64,000 bases of DNA from the human T2T-CHM13v2.0 reference genome, Homo sapiens, in the NCBI RefSeq assembly GCF_009914755.1, contig NC_060944.1, one strand, 5' to 3'. The notes below the pieces were generated by a model, which did not search any database, was not told where the DNA came from, and saw only the letters and a program-made list of their open reading frames with translations. The position numbers and the translations under genes are program-made. This document shows, in pieces, positions 1-64,000 of this stretch (the first letter of the stretch is position 1; each line of letters opens with the position of its first letter).

Positions 1-910
1 GTATGAAAGCCTATGAGCTTTTATATCTTACTCATTGCAGCTGCATTACTGTGGGAGCTGTCCCTCTAGAGACACTGGGCTGCAATGGGAAGTGTCAGGG
101 AGAGCTTAAGCTCCATATCACTTGAGTCTAAACCTGGAGGGATAGAGCGTGTCCGTGAGGATCCCAGGGCCTGGAGAGCAATTTAGGGTAATATTCAGAA
201 AGCAGCGCTCAGGAGAAGCACTGGGACGCTGTTTAGGTAAAATCAACCCAAAAGACCCTGATTCCCAGAGTACTTTGAGGTCCAGAAGAACTGGGCTGGA
301 AGCAGGTCCTGCTATTAATTGGCTGTGATCTTGGGCAAGTTATTTAACTTCTCCAGGTCACAGTTTGCTCTTTGGAAAACGGAGATAAGTCACACCTGCT
401 TTCAGGGCGGACACCCTTACTTTACATCAGAATCATCCGATGCCATTCCTAGCGTTTCGGCTTCAGTAGGTGGGAATCAATTATTTGCATTTCTAATAGG
501 TAATCAGTTGATAATGATGCGGCCGGTCCGGTACACTCGAAAAACCACTGTTCCAGGATATTCCAAGATGTTCCAAGAGTCTTAAACACCTGGTGCAGTT
601 CCGAGCACAAGGCACACGAACGGTGCTATTAGCGTTTCTAACCCCGCAGAGAACTCCTCGCACCCCAGTCCTCAAAATCCCGCCCCGGACAGCGGAGGCC
701 CGGGCAGTAGCTTCCAGACCCAATTGCCCGCGCAAGGGGGCGTGGCAGCATCGTTGGGCGGGGCCGCCTGTAAGAGAACGCGGCTAAAGGTGGGGCCAAG
801 CGTGCGGTTTGCTGCGCCTGCGTGAGGAAAAAGAGGGGGGCGTGGCTCCAGGCCGGAAGAGGGAGTCTGTAGGGGCGGGCCGGCTGGCGTCCCCTTTCCG
901 GCCGGTCCCC

Positions 911-16340
<15,430 letters not shown>

Positions 16341-16441
16341 TCACCCTCGGTGCTTCCTCTGTCTCCTCTTTCTCCCTGGCCTGTGGTTGTCCCCCAGCCT
16401 CTGCCACCCTCCACCTCCTCGGTCAGCCCCAGCCCCAGGTT

Positions 16442-16447
16442 GATAAA
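16442..16447 (+). terminator. ERGIC3: Probable ERGIC3 poly(A) signal (variant GATAAA)
   Basis: The only PAS-like hexamer about 100 nt after the stop codon, followed by GU-rich sequence. Confidence 0.65.
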
Positions 16448-17588
16448 TCTATTGATTGATTGTGATAGTACTCACTGGTCTCCGTGTGATCCTTGCCATG
16501 GCCAGAGCCTCATCCTGGCCACTCACTGAAGGCAATTGTGACTGACAGATCGGGGCCCAGAGCCCTCGGGAGCCCCACATGGGCATCCCCTAGTTAACCG
16601 GGGTTTATTCAAACCAGATTCATGTCCAGCCCACAGCCCTGTCCTGGGTCCCTCCTCCACTGTGGTCCTCAGGCCTCTCGGGTTCAGCCCCAGGGCTCAG
16701 ATGGACCTTTTCAGCGTGAGCTTCCTGGAGCCACCATGGCCCCCAGGCTCATGAGTGATCAACCCCAGGCCACTAATTCAGGGCCCTGAGTGCATATTGG
16801 GGCTTGCCACTTCTTCATTGATGGGTAAAGCTGGGGCCGCTCTCCGCCACCCTGGGCTCAATACACCTGATCCTGTCACACTCACTGATCCCACTCTGTG
16901 CCAAACCCCACGCTGGCTCTCACTGCAGAGAGGAATCCCTCCAGGTCCTCTGCAGTCTAGATGGAAGCAAAACTGAACACTGAGGTGCGAAAGTAGCAGT
17001 CAGTGGCCATTCTGGAGCAGGGCCAGCACCAGACCCCTGGCTTGGAGCCTAATCAGGGTTTCCCATTAGAACTCTGGATCCATGTGGAGAACCAGGGCCC
17101 AGCAACCTCACCAGTCCACAGCCTAGGGAACCAGGGGTACCTAAACAGCCAGTCAGTTTATCAGATCATGTCTCGAATGTTGATGCAAGACTGTGGCAGG
17201 GGAAAAGCGAGAGAGAGGGGAAAGGAAGCGAAGTCAGGTAGTGACAGCAGAACTTTTAGCTCTGATGGAAGCCTCTCTCAGGGATGGTGAGGAATGGACA
17301 GGTTAATGGAGTCCGTCAGGTCCTTAGCTGTCCTGGAGGGGTGGAAGCCAGAAACAGATTAGGTGAGAGGGACCTGCCACCAGCAGGAGCAGGAGCAGTG
17401 GTGGAGTGGGTGTGATAACTCAGCTGCCGGGGCCCTTTTCTTCCCTGTGGTGGGGATGGGGGCAGCCTTCCATCCCTGTGCATTCTTCAAGTCCCCAGCA
17501 CCTGAGGTCACCCAAGAACATCTCTGTTCTTTGCCACCTGGTGCCGGCCTTGTATAGCACGTGATCACAGGTCAGTGGCTGTGATAGG

Positions 17589-17594
17589 TTTATT
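17589..17594 (-). terminator. FER1L4: FER1L4 poly(A) signal AATAAA
   Basis: TTTATT on the + strand, about 110 nt downstream of the TGA at 17701-17703. Confidence 0.8.
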
Positions 17595-17700
17595 CAGAGG
17601 AAGCACTAGACTCTGGGGTAGCTCACATGGGTAAGAAAGACTTCCAGGAGCAGGCATTGAAGGGTTGGCACCCTGGGTGAGTGTCCAAGGTCAGCGAGAG

Positions 17701-24207
<6,507 letters not shown>

Positions 24208-24499
24208 CTAGGGGAACAGCATGGAGTGGAACTGAGAGAAATGTCATTATGATAACCCAAGGTTACCTTTGTAGGACCTAATTTCCCATTGGGTGAAAGC
24301 AGGAAGTTATCAAGGAGAGATCTCCCACTGTGAGGAGCTAATGGAGAGGTTGGACAAGATGACTTTTATTTTCAATTAGTTATGAAATAGTTAAGTCATA
24401 CAAACAGGTATAACAAAAAGTGTAATGAAACAAAATATTTTGAAAGATGTATAACGGACTTACTATTCAACTCATAACTTTCTATATGGTTTGACTTAT

Positions 24500-34770
<10,271 letters not shown>

Positions 34771-35154
34771 GAGATATCTTTAAGAATACTTCAAGGCCCT
34801 GCTGAACTCAGTATGAAAACTGCACCAATGGACAAAGTTGGACAAAGGTATTTGGTAACAAGCCTTCTGAAGCCTGAGATTCAGCCCTGTTCTCATCCTA
34901 GAATTATACGTGCCATTCTACAGGACTAGAACTACAAACAGGGGTCAGGAGACCAACTCCCAATTCTGGTTCTGCCATGAACATGCTTTATAACCCTAGG
35001 GGATCTCCTAAATTTGTGGATTCAATTTCTCACCTGAAAAATGAAGAACTTGAACTCTGTGATCACGAGGTTCCTCCCAAAGCCTTCCTTCTGTAGGTTT
35101 TGTGTACATTACCTTAGCTATAGTTGGAGGCGTGCCAGGGCTATGGAGACTCAC

Positions 35155-38442
<3,288 letters not shown>

Positions 38443-38630
38443 CTGGGGGTGGAAGAGAGGAGCTGTGTCTTTGAAGACCTGGGGAACAGGGAAAGGTAGC
38501 CACAGAGACAGGTAGGAAAAAAAATACATCTAAACCTGCATTCTAAGCCCAGCTCTGCCATAGCCTCACTGTGTAATCTCTGGTAAACCATTGCCTTCTC
38601 ATCCTGTTTCCTAGCTAAAAAAGGGACACA

Positions 38631-39645
<1,015 letters not shown>

Positions 39646-39670
39646 TTATTTTATTTTATGGTTAAAGGCC

Positions 39671-39832
39671 ATATATATATATATATATATATAAAATATA
39701 TATAATATATATATATATAATATATATATAAAATATATATAAAATATATATATATAAAATATATATATATAAAATATATATATATAAAATATATATATAT
39801 AAAAAATATATATATATATAAAATATATATAT
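39671..39832. repeat. Pure AT tandem repeat, (TA)n plus ~13-bp TATATATATAAAA units
   Basis: About 160 bp with no G or C. Confidence 0.95.
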
Positions 39833-39859
39833 GGAATTCCATATCTATCAATGGATCCT

Positions 39860-40670
39860 AAGGGAAACAATTTTACTACTGTATTGGTGGGTTTATTTTA
39901 TGTATTTGTAGATATATACATATATACACATATATATGACAATTTTAGCACAAAAGAGAGGAAAAATAGAGCTATACCACAGAAAAGTTTGTATATTTTA
40001 CTGGAATTAAATTAGTATTAATCTGAAGTAGACTGTGAAACAGTAGTATGTATATTGTAATCCCTAGAGCAACTACTAAGTAAAAATCAGCAAATTAAAA
40101 TAGTACACTAATAAATATCAAAATATAATAAATATCTATTTAACACAAAAGAAAGCAGTAAAAGAGGAATAATAAGTCCACAAGACATAGAAAACAGACA
40201 GCAAAATGGCAGATGTAAATTCAGCCAATAATATCAACAGCATCAAATGTGATCATATTAAATACCAATCAAAAGTCAGAGATTGTTAACTGCATTAAAA
40301 AAAAGAGATGCGACTCCATGCTGTCTAAGAGATACTCTAGATTCAAAGACACATAAAGGATGAAGTATAGGAAAAAAATATATCATGCAAATAGTAACCA
40401 CAGAGAGCTGGAGTAGTTATACCACCAGAGAAAATAGACTTTAATACAAAAAATATTACTAGAGACAAACAGATACTTTATAATGGTAAACAGGTCAATT
40501 CATCTAGAAGATATAACAATTATAAACATATATGCACCTAACAACAGAGCCTCAAAATACAAAAACTAAAAAGTTATAGAATTAAAGAGAGAGATACACA
40601 ATTCATTAGTAATAGCTGGAGATTTCAATACCCTATTCTCAATAATGGATAGACAGAAAATAATCAAAGA
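39860..40670 (+). mobile_element. Old L1 fragment (inter-ORF region to ORF2 endonuclease start)
   Basis: ttcaaagacaca..., aaaatagactttaa..., atatatgcacctaacaacagagc, ggagatttcaataccc. Confidence 0.75.
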
Positions 40671-40734
40671 GGCTTGTTCAAGAGGTCTGAATAACAGTAA
40701 CGCCTAGAGAGCACCACAAGTCCATGAATTAATC

Positions 40735-40926
40735 CAGGAATCAGCAAACTACAGCCCATAGACAGAGTCTGGCCTGCTGTCAGTTTTTGTAAATATTCAT
40801 TTACATATTATCTATGGCTGTTTTCATGCTACGATGGCAGAGTTGAGTAGTTGCAACAGACTGGATGGCTCTCAAAGCCTAAAATATTTACTATTTGGCC
40901 CATTATAGAGAGTTTGCTGACCCTTG
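40735..40926. mobile_element. MER58A-like hAT MITE
   Basis: TIRs caggaatcagcaaact / agtttgctgacccttg; internal atggcagagttgagtagttgcaacaga. Confidence 0.7.
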
Positions 40927-41014
40927 GATCATCTAAGATAACCAGGTAGAAAGTCACCATCCACTGCCCTCTTTCACTATTCTGCCCCCCTTTTCCCCTA
41001 GCCCGTGGCCTCAC

Positions 41015-44251
<3,237 letters not shown>

Positions 44252-44472
44252 CTGCGGGTGGATAACTGGTCACGGAGGTGGATCTGGAGCCGACCTCTCC
44301 TGCTCTCACAGCTTGAACTGAACGGACCAAATAGCCACTCCAGCTTCTATCTCCCCGAGACAGGGTCTCACTCTGTCGCCCAGGCATGAGTGCAGTGACA
44401 CTATCATGGCTCACTGCAGCTTGACCACCCAGGTTCAAGCATTCCTCCCACCTCAGCCTCTCAAGGAGCTAG

Positions 44473-44847
<375 letters not shown>

Positions 44848-45603
44848 TAAAAATACAAAAAATTAGCCTGGCGTGGTGGCGGACGCCTGTAGTCCCAGCT
44901 ACTTGGGAGGCTGAGGCAGGAGAATGGCATGACCCGGGAGGCGGAGCTTGCAGTGAGCCGAGATCGCTCCACTGCACTCCAGACTGGGTGACAGAGAAAG
45001 ACTCCGTCTCAAAAAAAAAAAAAGGAAAGAAAAAAAAAAGAAATATATTCACGTTATTATGCAACCATCCCCATCATTCATCCCCAGAACATTTTTCATC
45101 TTGCAGAACAGAAACTCTGCTCATTAAACCATACCTCTCCATTCGCTGCTCTCCATCCCAGCCCCTGGCAGCCACCATTCTTCTTTCTGTGTTTGGATTT
45201 GACTACAACAAGCCCTCCATATGAGTGGAATCATATAGTGCGTGCCCTTGTGCCTGGCCCAGTTCACTAGGCATAATGTCCTCAAGGCTCATGCACGTGG
45301 TAGCTGGTGCCAACCTTGTCTCTTCACCTTTCCCTCCTCCCCAGTCTTATCTTCCCCAATGTGCACAGTGTGCACATGTGGTGCCCATCACATCAGCCAA
45401 ATACCTGGGCTGGTGACACTCTTCTCCAACATCCAATCACCCATTCCTGGCAGTTTCCCCCTTCTCTCCCTTTCTCCCTGCCCCACTTCAAGACCATCTG
45501 CTTTTTTTTTCCGTTGCCGAGGCTGGAATGCAGTGGCACAATCATAGCTTACTGCAGGCTCAACATCCTGGGCCCAAGTGATCCTCCCACCTCAGCCTCC
45601 TGA

Positions 45604-45816
<213 letters not shown>

Positions 45817-46157
45817 TGACAGGCTCCTAAGCAGTCTTCCTGCCTTGAGTCCTCCCTTCCTACCCACTCTGCCATGGCTGGCTGGCTTCTCCCCATCCTC
45901 TGGGTGTCAGCTGCAATGTTGTCTTTGCAGATAAGACTTGCCTGACCACCTTACCCAAGCAGGTTCTCCTCCACCCCCTCAGCCTCTGTAACCTCTTTCT
46001 TACCAATTCCTATAGATCATAATTATTTTTCATATTCATTTACAGATGTATAGTCTGTCTTCCTAGGACATTAGCCTCAAAAGGGCAAGGAATATGGCAG
46101 GGGCTGACCCCCAGGGCCTAATACAGAGCCTGGCACACAGGAGGACTTGAAACATCA

Positions 46158-46463
<306 letters not shown>

Positions 46464-46822
46464 TCAAAAAAAAACAAAACAAAAAAAAAACCAAGAATAT
46501 TCATAGCAGCTTTATTCATACTAGCTAAAAACATGAAACAGCACAGCTGTCCATCAATATGAGAATGAATAAACAAACTGTGATATATTTATACAATGGG
46601 AAATTGCTCAACAATAAAAAGAAAGAAACTAGATATCTGCAACAACTTGGACGCATCTTACAACAGCCTCTCACAAGAGAATACAGTCCTTCCTCATTAT
46701 TTGTGAATTCTGTATTTGCAAATTTGCGTACTAGCTAAAATTTGTAACCCCCAAATCAATACCCCTGGTGCTTTTGTAATCACATGAGTATGGGCAAAGA
46801 GTCAAAAACTTTGAACAGGTCA

Positions 46823-47187
<365 letters not shown>

Positions 47188-47267
47188 TGATCCTCCTGCC
47201 TCAGCCTCCCAAAGTGCTGGGATTACAGGCATGAGCTACCGCACCCATCCTCTACTAAAAATTTTTA

Positions 47268-47960
<693 letters not shown>

Positions 47961-47968
47961 TTTTTTAA

Positions 47969-48210
47969 CCTATTTCCTGTTTGCCTTGAGAATACTCTTG
48001 CCTGTAATCCTAATGTAACATCATATATACTTCTGTTACATTAGGATTAGAGACAAGTTCTGTTTAGAAATAACTCCAAGTAAGGTTTTTATATTTTATT
48101 TTCATATTGAAAATCAGTCATAATTTCTTCAGCCTCAAAGAATGAGTTTATGTAAAATTAAATGAGTGCTGGCAGTGAGCTGCACTTTTTTTCTCTAAAC
48201 GGGAAATGGG
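47969..48210. mobile_element. MER75B-type piggyBac MITE
   Basis: Terminal inverted repeats cctatttcctgttt / aaacgggaaatggg, TTAA-like flanks and a 16-bp internal palindrome. Confidence 0.75.
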
Positions 48211-48213
48211 TTT

Positions 48214-48255
<42 letters not shown>

Positions 48256-48618
48256 AGATGGAATCTTGCAGTCACCCAGGCTGGAGGAATGCAGCGGCAC
48301 AATCTCAGCTCACTGAAACCTCCATCTCCTGCATTCAAGCAATTCTCTGGCTTCGGCTTCCTGAGTAGCTGGGATTACAGATGCATACCACCACACACAC
48401 CCAGCTTTTTGTGTTTTTAATAGAGAGGGGGTTTCACCTTGTTGGCCAGGCTGGTCTTGAATTCCTGACCTCAAGTGACCCGCCTGCCTCGGCCTCCCAA
48501 AGTGCTGGGATTACAGGCGTGAGCCACCACACTTGAGACTTAGATTTAAAAAAAAAGTTTGAAGGGCCCTGAGTTGGAATAAAGCAATACTCTGCCTTTG
48601 TGAGCTCTGATACTGTAA

Positions 48619-48864
<246 letters not shown>

Positions 48865-49853
48865 TGATTCCACCCACCTCGGCCTCCCAAAGTGCTGGGA
48901 TTACAGGCGTGAGCCACTGCAATGGCCAACAATATATTATATTAAAGAAAGTATCTTTAAACAAACACACATAAAACAAGGTTTTGTACTGATCAGTTGA
49001 CAAAAAAAATGTGACCATCGCCCACTAGAAACCTAACCCTGTATTTCTCTGGGGGCAGTGATTCAGTATTTGCTAATTCAGTGTTTGCAGCAACTTTATA
49101 GACCACCAATAACAAGAACTGACTATACATATGGCATGATTGCATTGTATTAAAATCTAGTACAGGCAAAACTATAATGAAAAAAATCAAAATATATTGA
49201 AAAAATCAGTAGTTATCTCTATGGGGGTGGATGGAGACTGACTGGGAAGGAACATAAAGGAACAACTCTGGGGTGAAAGTCATATTCTAGATCTTGATAG
49301 GGACTTGGGTTACACAGATATATGTATTTGCCAAAATTCAGCAAATGTGTGTTAAGATTTGTACACTTGGCCAGACATGGTGACTCATGCCTGTAATCCC
49401 AGCACTTTGGGAGGCTGAGGTGGCCAGATCGCTTGAGTCCAGGAGTTCAAGACTAGCCTGGCCAACATGGCGCAACCCCATCTCTACTAAAAATACAAAA
49501 ATTAGCAGGCATGGTGGCGCATGCCTATACTCCCAGCTACTCAGGAGGCTGAGGCAGAAGAATCACTTGAGCCTGGAGGCAGAAGTTGCAGTGAGCTGAG
49601 ATCTTGCCACTGCACTCCAGCCTAAGTGACAGAGTGAGACTCTGTCTTAAAAATATATATGTATTTGTACACTTCATTATATGTAAATTGTACATCAGAG
49701 GAAAACACTGTAATTTTTTTTTTTTAAATCAGTGGAGGGCCGGGCGTGGTGGCTCTCGCTTGTAAGCCCAGCACTTTGGGAGGCCAAGGCAGGTAGATCA
49801 CGAGGTCAGGAGTTCGAGACAAGCCTGGCCAACAAAATGAAACCCCGTCTTTA

Positions 49854-50402
<549 letters not shown>

Positions 50403-50971
50403 TTATACCCTAACAACCAAAATAATCCAAATAAATTGTAAAATTATACACACCCACAATTTTTTTTTGGATATAGGATCTCGCTTTCACCCAGGCTGGA
50501 GTGCAGTGGCACAATTATGGCTTACTGTAGCCTCGAACCCTGAGGCCCAAGCAGTCCTCCCGCCTCAGCCTCCCAAGTAGTTGGGACTACAGGAGCTTGC
50601 CACCACGCCTCGTTAGTTTTATTTTTTGTACAGATGGGGGTCTCCCTATGTTGCCCAGACTAAAAATCGTATTTTAAAAAACACATCAGAGAAGTGGGGA
50701 TTCAAAGAAACCTATATCAACTAAACTCCAGAAAATGATGAGTTCTTCATAATCAAGGAGAGACCTCCAGCTGCTACTCCCACCTCTGGCAGAACAGCAG
50801 TAGTAAAAAGGAACATCAGAAGTGGGGACAAGGAGAAAGTATCCACTTTTAAGAGACTTTTAATGACTATGTGTGAGGTAGCATACCAGATGAGAATCCC
50901 AGGGACCACAGCCACAAAATATGTCTTTCCGTACCTCCGAACTCTTTCCTATGGATCTTCGCCTAGAGCTA

Positions 50972-51510
<539 letters not shown>

Positions 51511-54114
51511 TCAGCTATCAGATGCTACAGGCTCAGCTGGAGAGCCAAGAGAACCCTTCTGATGCATTCTAGACTTTTACAACATAAAGTGGAGACCCTC
51601 CAAAGGCCAGAGGAGGGAAAGCAGGACTAACAAGGCACAGAGGAAAGGAAGCAGACTCAAAAAGCACAGAGAATGCCCCAGCAACCCAAACACCTGGTTG
51701 GTGGTTTGTAAAGCAGGGAGAGCTTACCCAGAGTTGGAGAATTGGCAGTTTGGGTGTGAACAAGAAACAGATTTCTGGAATCTTGCCAGTTCTCAGTTCT
51801 AAGCCTGGATGAAAGGACAATCGTGATCCTTCAAAAAAACATTTGAAGCCCAAAGTGAACTGAACCAAACCAAATTCACAACTAAGCCCATTTCAAATAC
51901 AAAGCATAATGACTTGGTCCTCACTCTCTAGAGTAAGGCCTAGTGTAAGAAGAGAAATGCCATTTCCTGGACATATATATTATTTTAGTCACTAATGTTT
52001 TATACAAATATCCAGGCATATGATAAAAAAAATTACAGGACGGAGTTAAAGCAAAACTCATGGTCAAGAGGAAATAATCAATAGAAGTAGATGCATAGAT
52101 AACCCAGATGTTGGAATTATTAGATAAGCATATTAAAATAACTGTGATAGAAATCTAAATGATCTAGTGAGGAAAGTACACAAGAATTAAAAGATGGGTG
52201 ATTTCAGCAAACAGTTGAAAACTGGAACCAAAAGGAAATAATAGAAATTTTAAATATATCAGGCAAACAGTTCTACAATAGTTGGAGTCTTCAGTACACC
52301 ACTTACAATAGCAGATGGAACATCTATACAGAATATTATTAAGGAAATAGACTTAAAACAACACTAACCAACTATACCTAGAAGACACATACAAAATACT
52401 CCATCATAACAGCAGAGTACACATTCTTCTCAAGCACTCACGGAACATTCTTCAGGATACATCATATGTTAGATCACAAAACAGTAAATTTAAAAAGACT
52501 AGGCTGGCCGGGCATGGTGGCTTACACCTGTAATCAGGCAGAGATTGCAGTGAGCCAAGATTGTGCCACTGCACTCCAGCCTGGTGACAGAGAGAGACTG
52601 CATCTCAAAAAAATAAAAAAAATAAAATAAAAAATAAAAAAAGACACAAATACCTAAAATCAGAAATGAAAGGAAGGACATTACTAGCAACCTTATGGAA
52701 ATAAAAAGATTGTAAGAGAATACCATGAACAAGTATAAAATAACAAATTGGATTATCTAAGATGAAGTTATAAAATTCCTGGAAATACAAATTATCTAAA
52801 CTGACTCAAGAAGAAATAGAAAATCTGAACAAATCTATAACAATTAAAGAGATTGACTCAGCAGTCAAAAACTTCCCAAAAAAAGTCAAGACCAGATGCC
52901 TTCACTGGTGAATTCTACCAAACACTTGAAGAAGAATTAACGCCAATCCTTTTCAAACTCTTCCAAAAAATAGAAGAGGGAGGAACACTTCGTAACTCAT
53001 TCTATGAGGCCAGCTTTACCTTGATATCAAAGATAGATAAATCACAAGAAAAGACATCAAATCATTACATGCCGGGCGTGGTGACTTAGGCCTGTAATCC
53101 CAGCGTTTTGGGAGGCCGAGGCATGGAGGATCCCTTGAGCCCCAGGAGTTCACGACCAGCCTGGGTAACACAGGAAGACCCCATCTCTACTTTTTAAGTA
53201 CTTTTTTTTTAAATCAAAAAAGAAAAAAGAAAATTACAAAACAATATCCCTTATAAATACACAGATGCAAAAGTCCTGAAGAAAATCCAATGACATATTT
53301 AAAAAATGGATATACACCATTGATAAAAGGAATTCATCTCATGAATGCAAGGATAGTACAACCTAAGGAAATCAATCAGTGTAATACATCACAGTAACAG
53401 AACAAAAAAGAAAAAAACATGATCATCTTAATAGACACAGAAAAAAAGTTCGATAAAATCTAACACCCTTTCACAATAAAAACGCAAAACTAGGAATGGA
53501 AGAGAACTTCCTCAACCTGATAAAGGGCATTTATGAAAAACACTGCTAACATCAAACTTAATAAATAATGAAAGCTTTCCCCCTAGAATCAGAAACAAAG
53601 CAAGTGAAAATTACAACTTTGGCTAGTTGTGGTGGCTCACACCTGTAATCCCAGCACTTTGGGATGCTGAGGCAGGAGAATCACTTGAACCCAGGAGGCA
53701 GAATAAAATTACAATTTCAGAAAAAGTATGTGTCTTGTATCTGCCATTGTGAGCTTGACAGCTTGCCAACACTCGAAGATTTTTGTGACTGGACATGGCA
53801 GCTCACACCTGTAATCCCAACACTTTGGAAGGCCAAGGCAGGAGGACTGCTTGAGCTCAGGAGTTTGAGACCAGCCTGGTCAACACAGCAAGACCCCATC
53901 TCCATTTTTTTTTTTTTTTTTTTTTTTGAGATAGAGTCTCTGTCACCCAGGCTGGAGTGCAGTGGTGTAATCTGAGACCTGTCCCGAGACCAAAAAGTTT
54001 GAGAACCACTGCCATAGAAAAGCACCAGGACATGTACCAAAATGGTCTCGGAAGCATTGTTTCTAATCACAACCCATTGGGAACATCTCACATACCCATC
54101 AGCAGCACAATATG

Positions 54115-54115
<1 letters not shown>

Positions 54116-54147
<32 letters not shown>
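54116..54147. repeat. (TA)n microsatellite
   Basis: About 16 TA units. Confidence 0.92.
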
Positions 54148-54156
<9 letters not shown>

Positions 54157-54447
54157 ATATTTAGTGCTTCAGACAAGGGAGGTCATGCTCAAGGCAGCCT
54201 ACTCTCAAATCTTCATCCAAAGAAATCCTGAATGTTCCCTGGGTCTCTGCTGGATTCTAGAACTCTTGTCCTCACCCTTAGCTACTGCAAATGAATCTTG
54301 GTCCTATGCCCACAGCAATTAGTCCCAGCCCTGGCATCATTCCAAAGGAAAAATGTTAAATCACACCTGCCCGAGGCCTCTGGAATGGTTCAAAAGCTTA
54401 GGGAAAAGGGTGTACAGGGTAGGAAAGTGGGGTGAGTGAGGCATTAC

Positions 54448-63592
<9,145 letters not shown>

Positions 63593-63802
63593 CTGAAACC
63601 AGATACAGTATCCCCTAGGGCCCCCCATCTAACTGCCCTGGGTCTAAGAGAGGCCCAAGGACAATGCCAGTGCCTTTTACTACAGGCGGCAGAGATCTTT
63701 CTGGCCAGCATCCGTGGTGCCTTGTGGTTCCTCTCTGATCATTAATAATGTAGACTACTCATAACCTATTAAGAACTAAGTAACTAGGCAAGTTTCCTCG
63801 TT

Positions 63803-63981
<179 letters not shown>

Positions 63982-64000
63982 TGAGGCCCAACAGGATTCC

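Noticed and set aside
719-757. ER-stress element (CCAAT-N9-CCACG) in the ERGIC3 promoter
   Set aside because: CCAAT and CGTGG are present, but their spacing and orientation do not fit ERSE.
809-910. N-terminal extension of ERGIC3 from an upstream TTG
   Set aside because: Likely upstream of or overlapping the TSS; ATG 911 matches the known N-terminus.
39646-39870. Ile/Tyr-rich ORFs
   Set aside because: Artefacts of the AT repeat.
52853-53089. ORF resembling a reverse-transcriptase N-terminus
   Set aside because: Short decayed L1 ORF2 fragment interrupted by Alus; not an active element.

Overview
Human-type genomic DNA (Alu/L1/L2/MIR-rich), recognisable as the ERGIC3-FER1L4 locus on chr20q11.22. 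It holds two convergent spliced genes. (1) ERGIC3 (+ strand) has a CpG-island promoter and 13 constitutive coding exons from ATG 911 to TAG 16340 (1152 nt, 383 aa). Several in-frame alternative modules cluster in one luminal segment: a 15-nt microexon, a 45-nt MIR-derived exon and a coupled alternative donor/acceptor pair. (2) FER1L4 (- strand) is a type II ferlin conventionally annotated as a human pseudogene/lncRNA; its 5' end lies beyond the window. I reconstructed 41 GT-AG exons by hand (63592 down to 17701). They join into one uninterrupted frame of 1889 codons plus stop, and the first in-frame ATG (62787) would give a 1794-aa C2A-less ferlin with an intact C-terminal transmembrane anchor. 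No inactivating lesion is visible in this window, which is the most interesting signal here. The introns carry two processed ribosomal-protein pseudogenes (RPL36 and RPL37), dozens of Alus (one with a perfect 149-bp tandem duplication), a piggyBac MER75B-type MITE, hAT/Tigger/MaLR relics and several microsatellites. Repeat-family names come from recognising consensus sequences by eye, and their boundaries are approximate.
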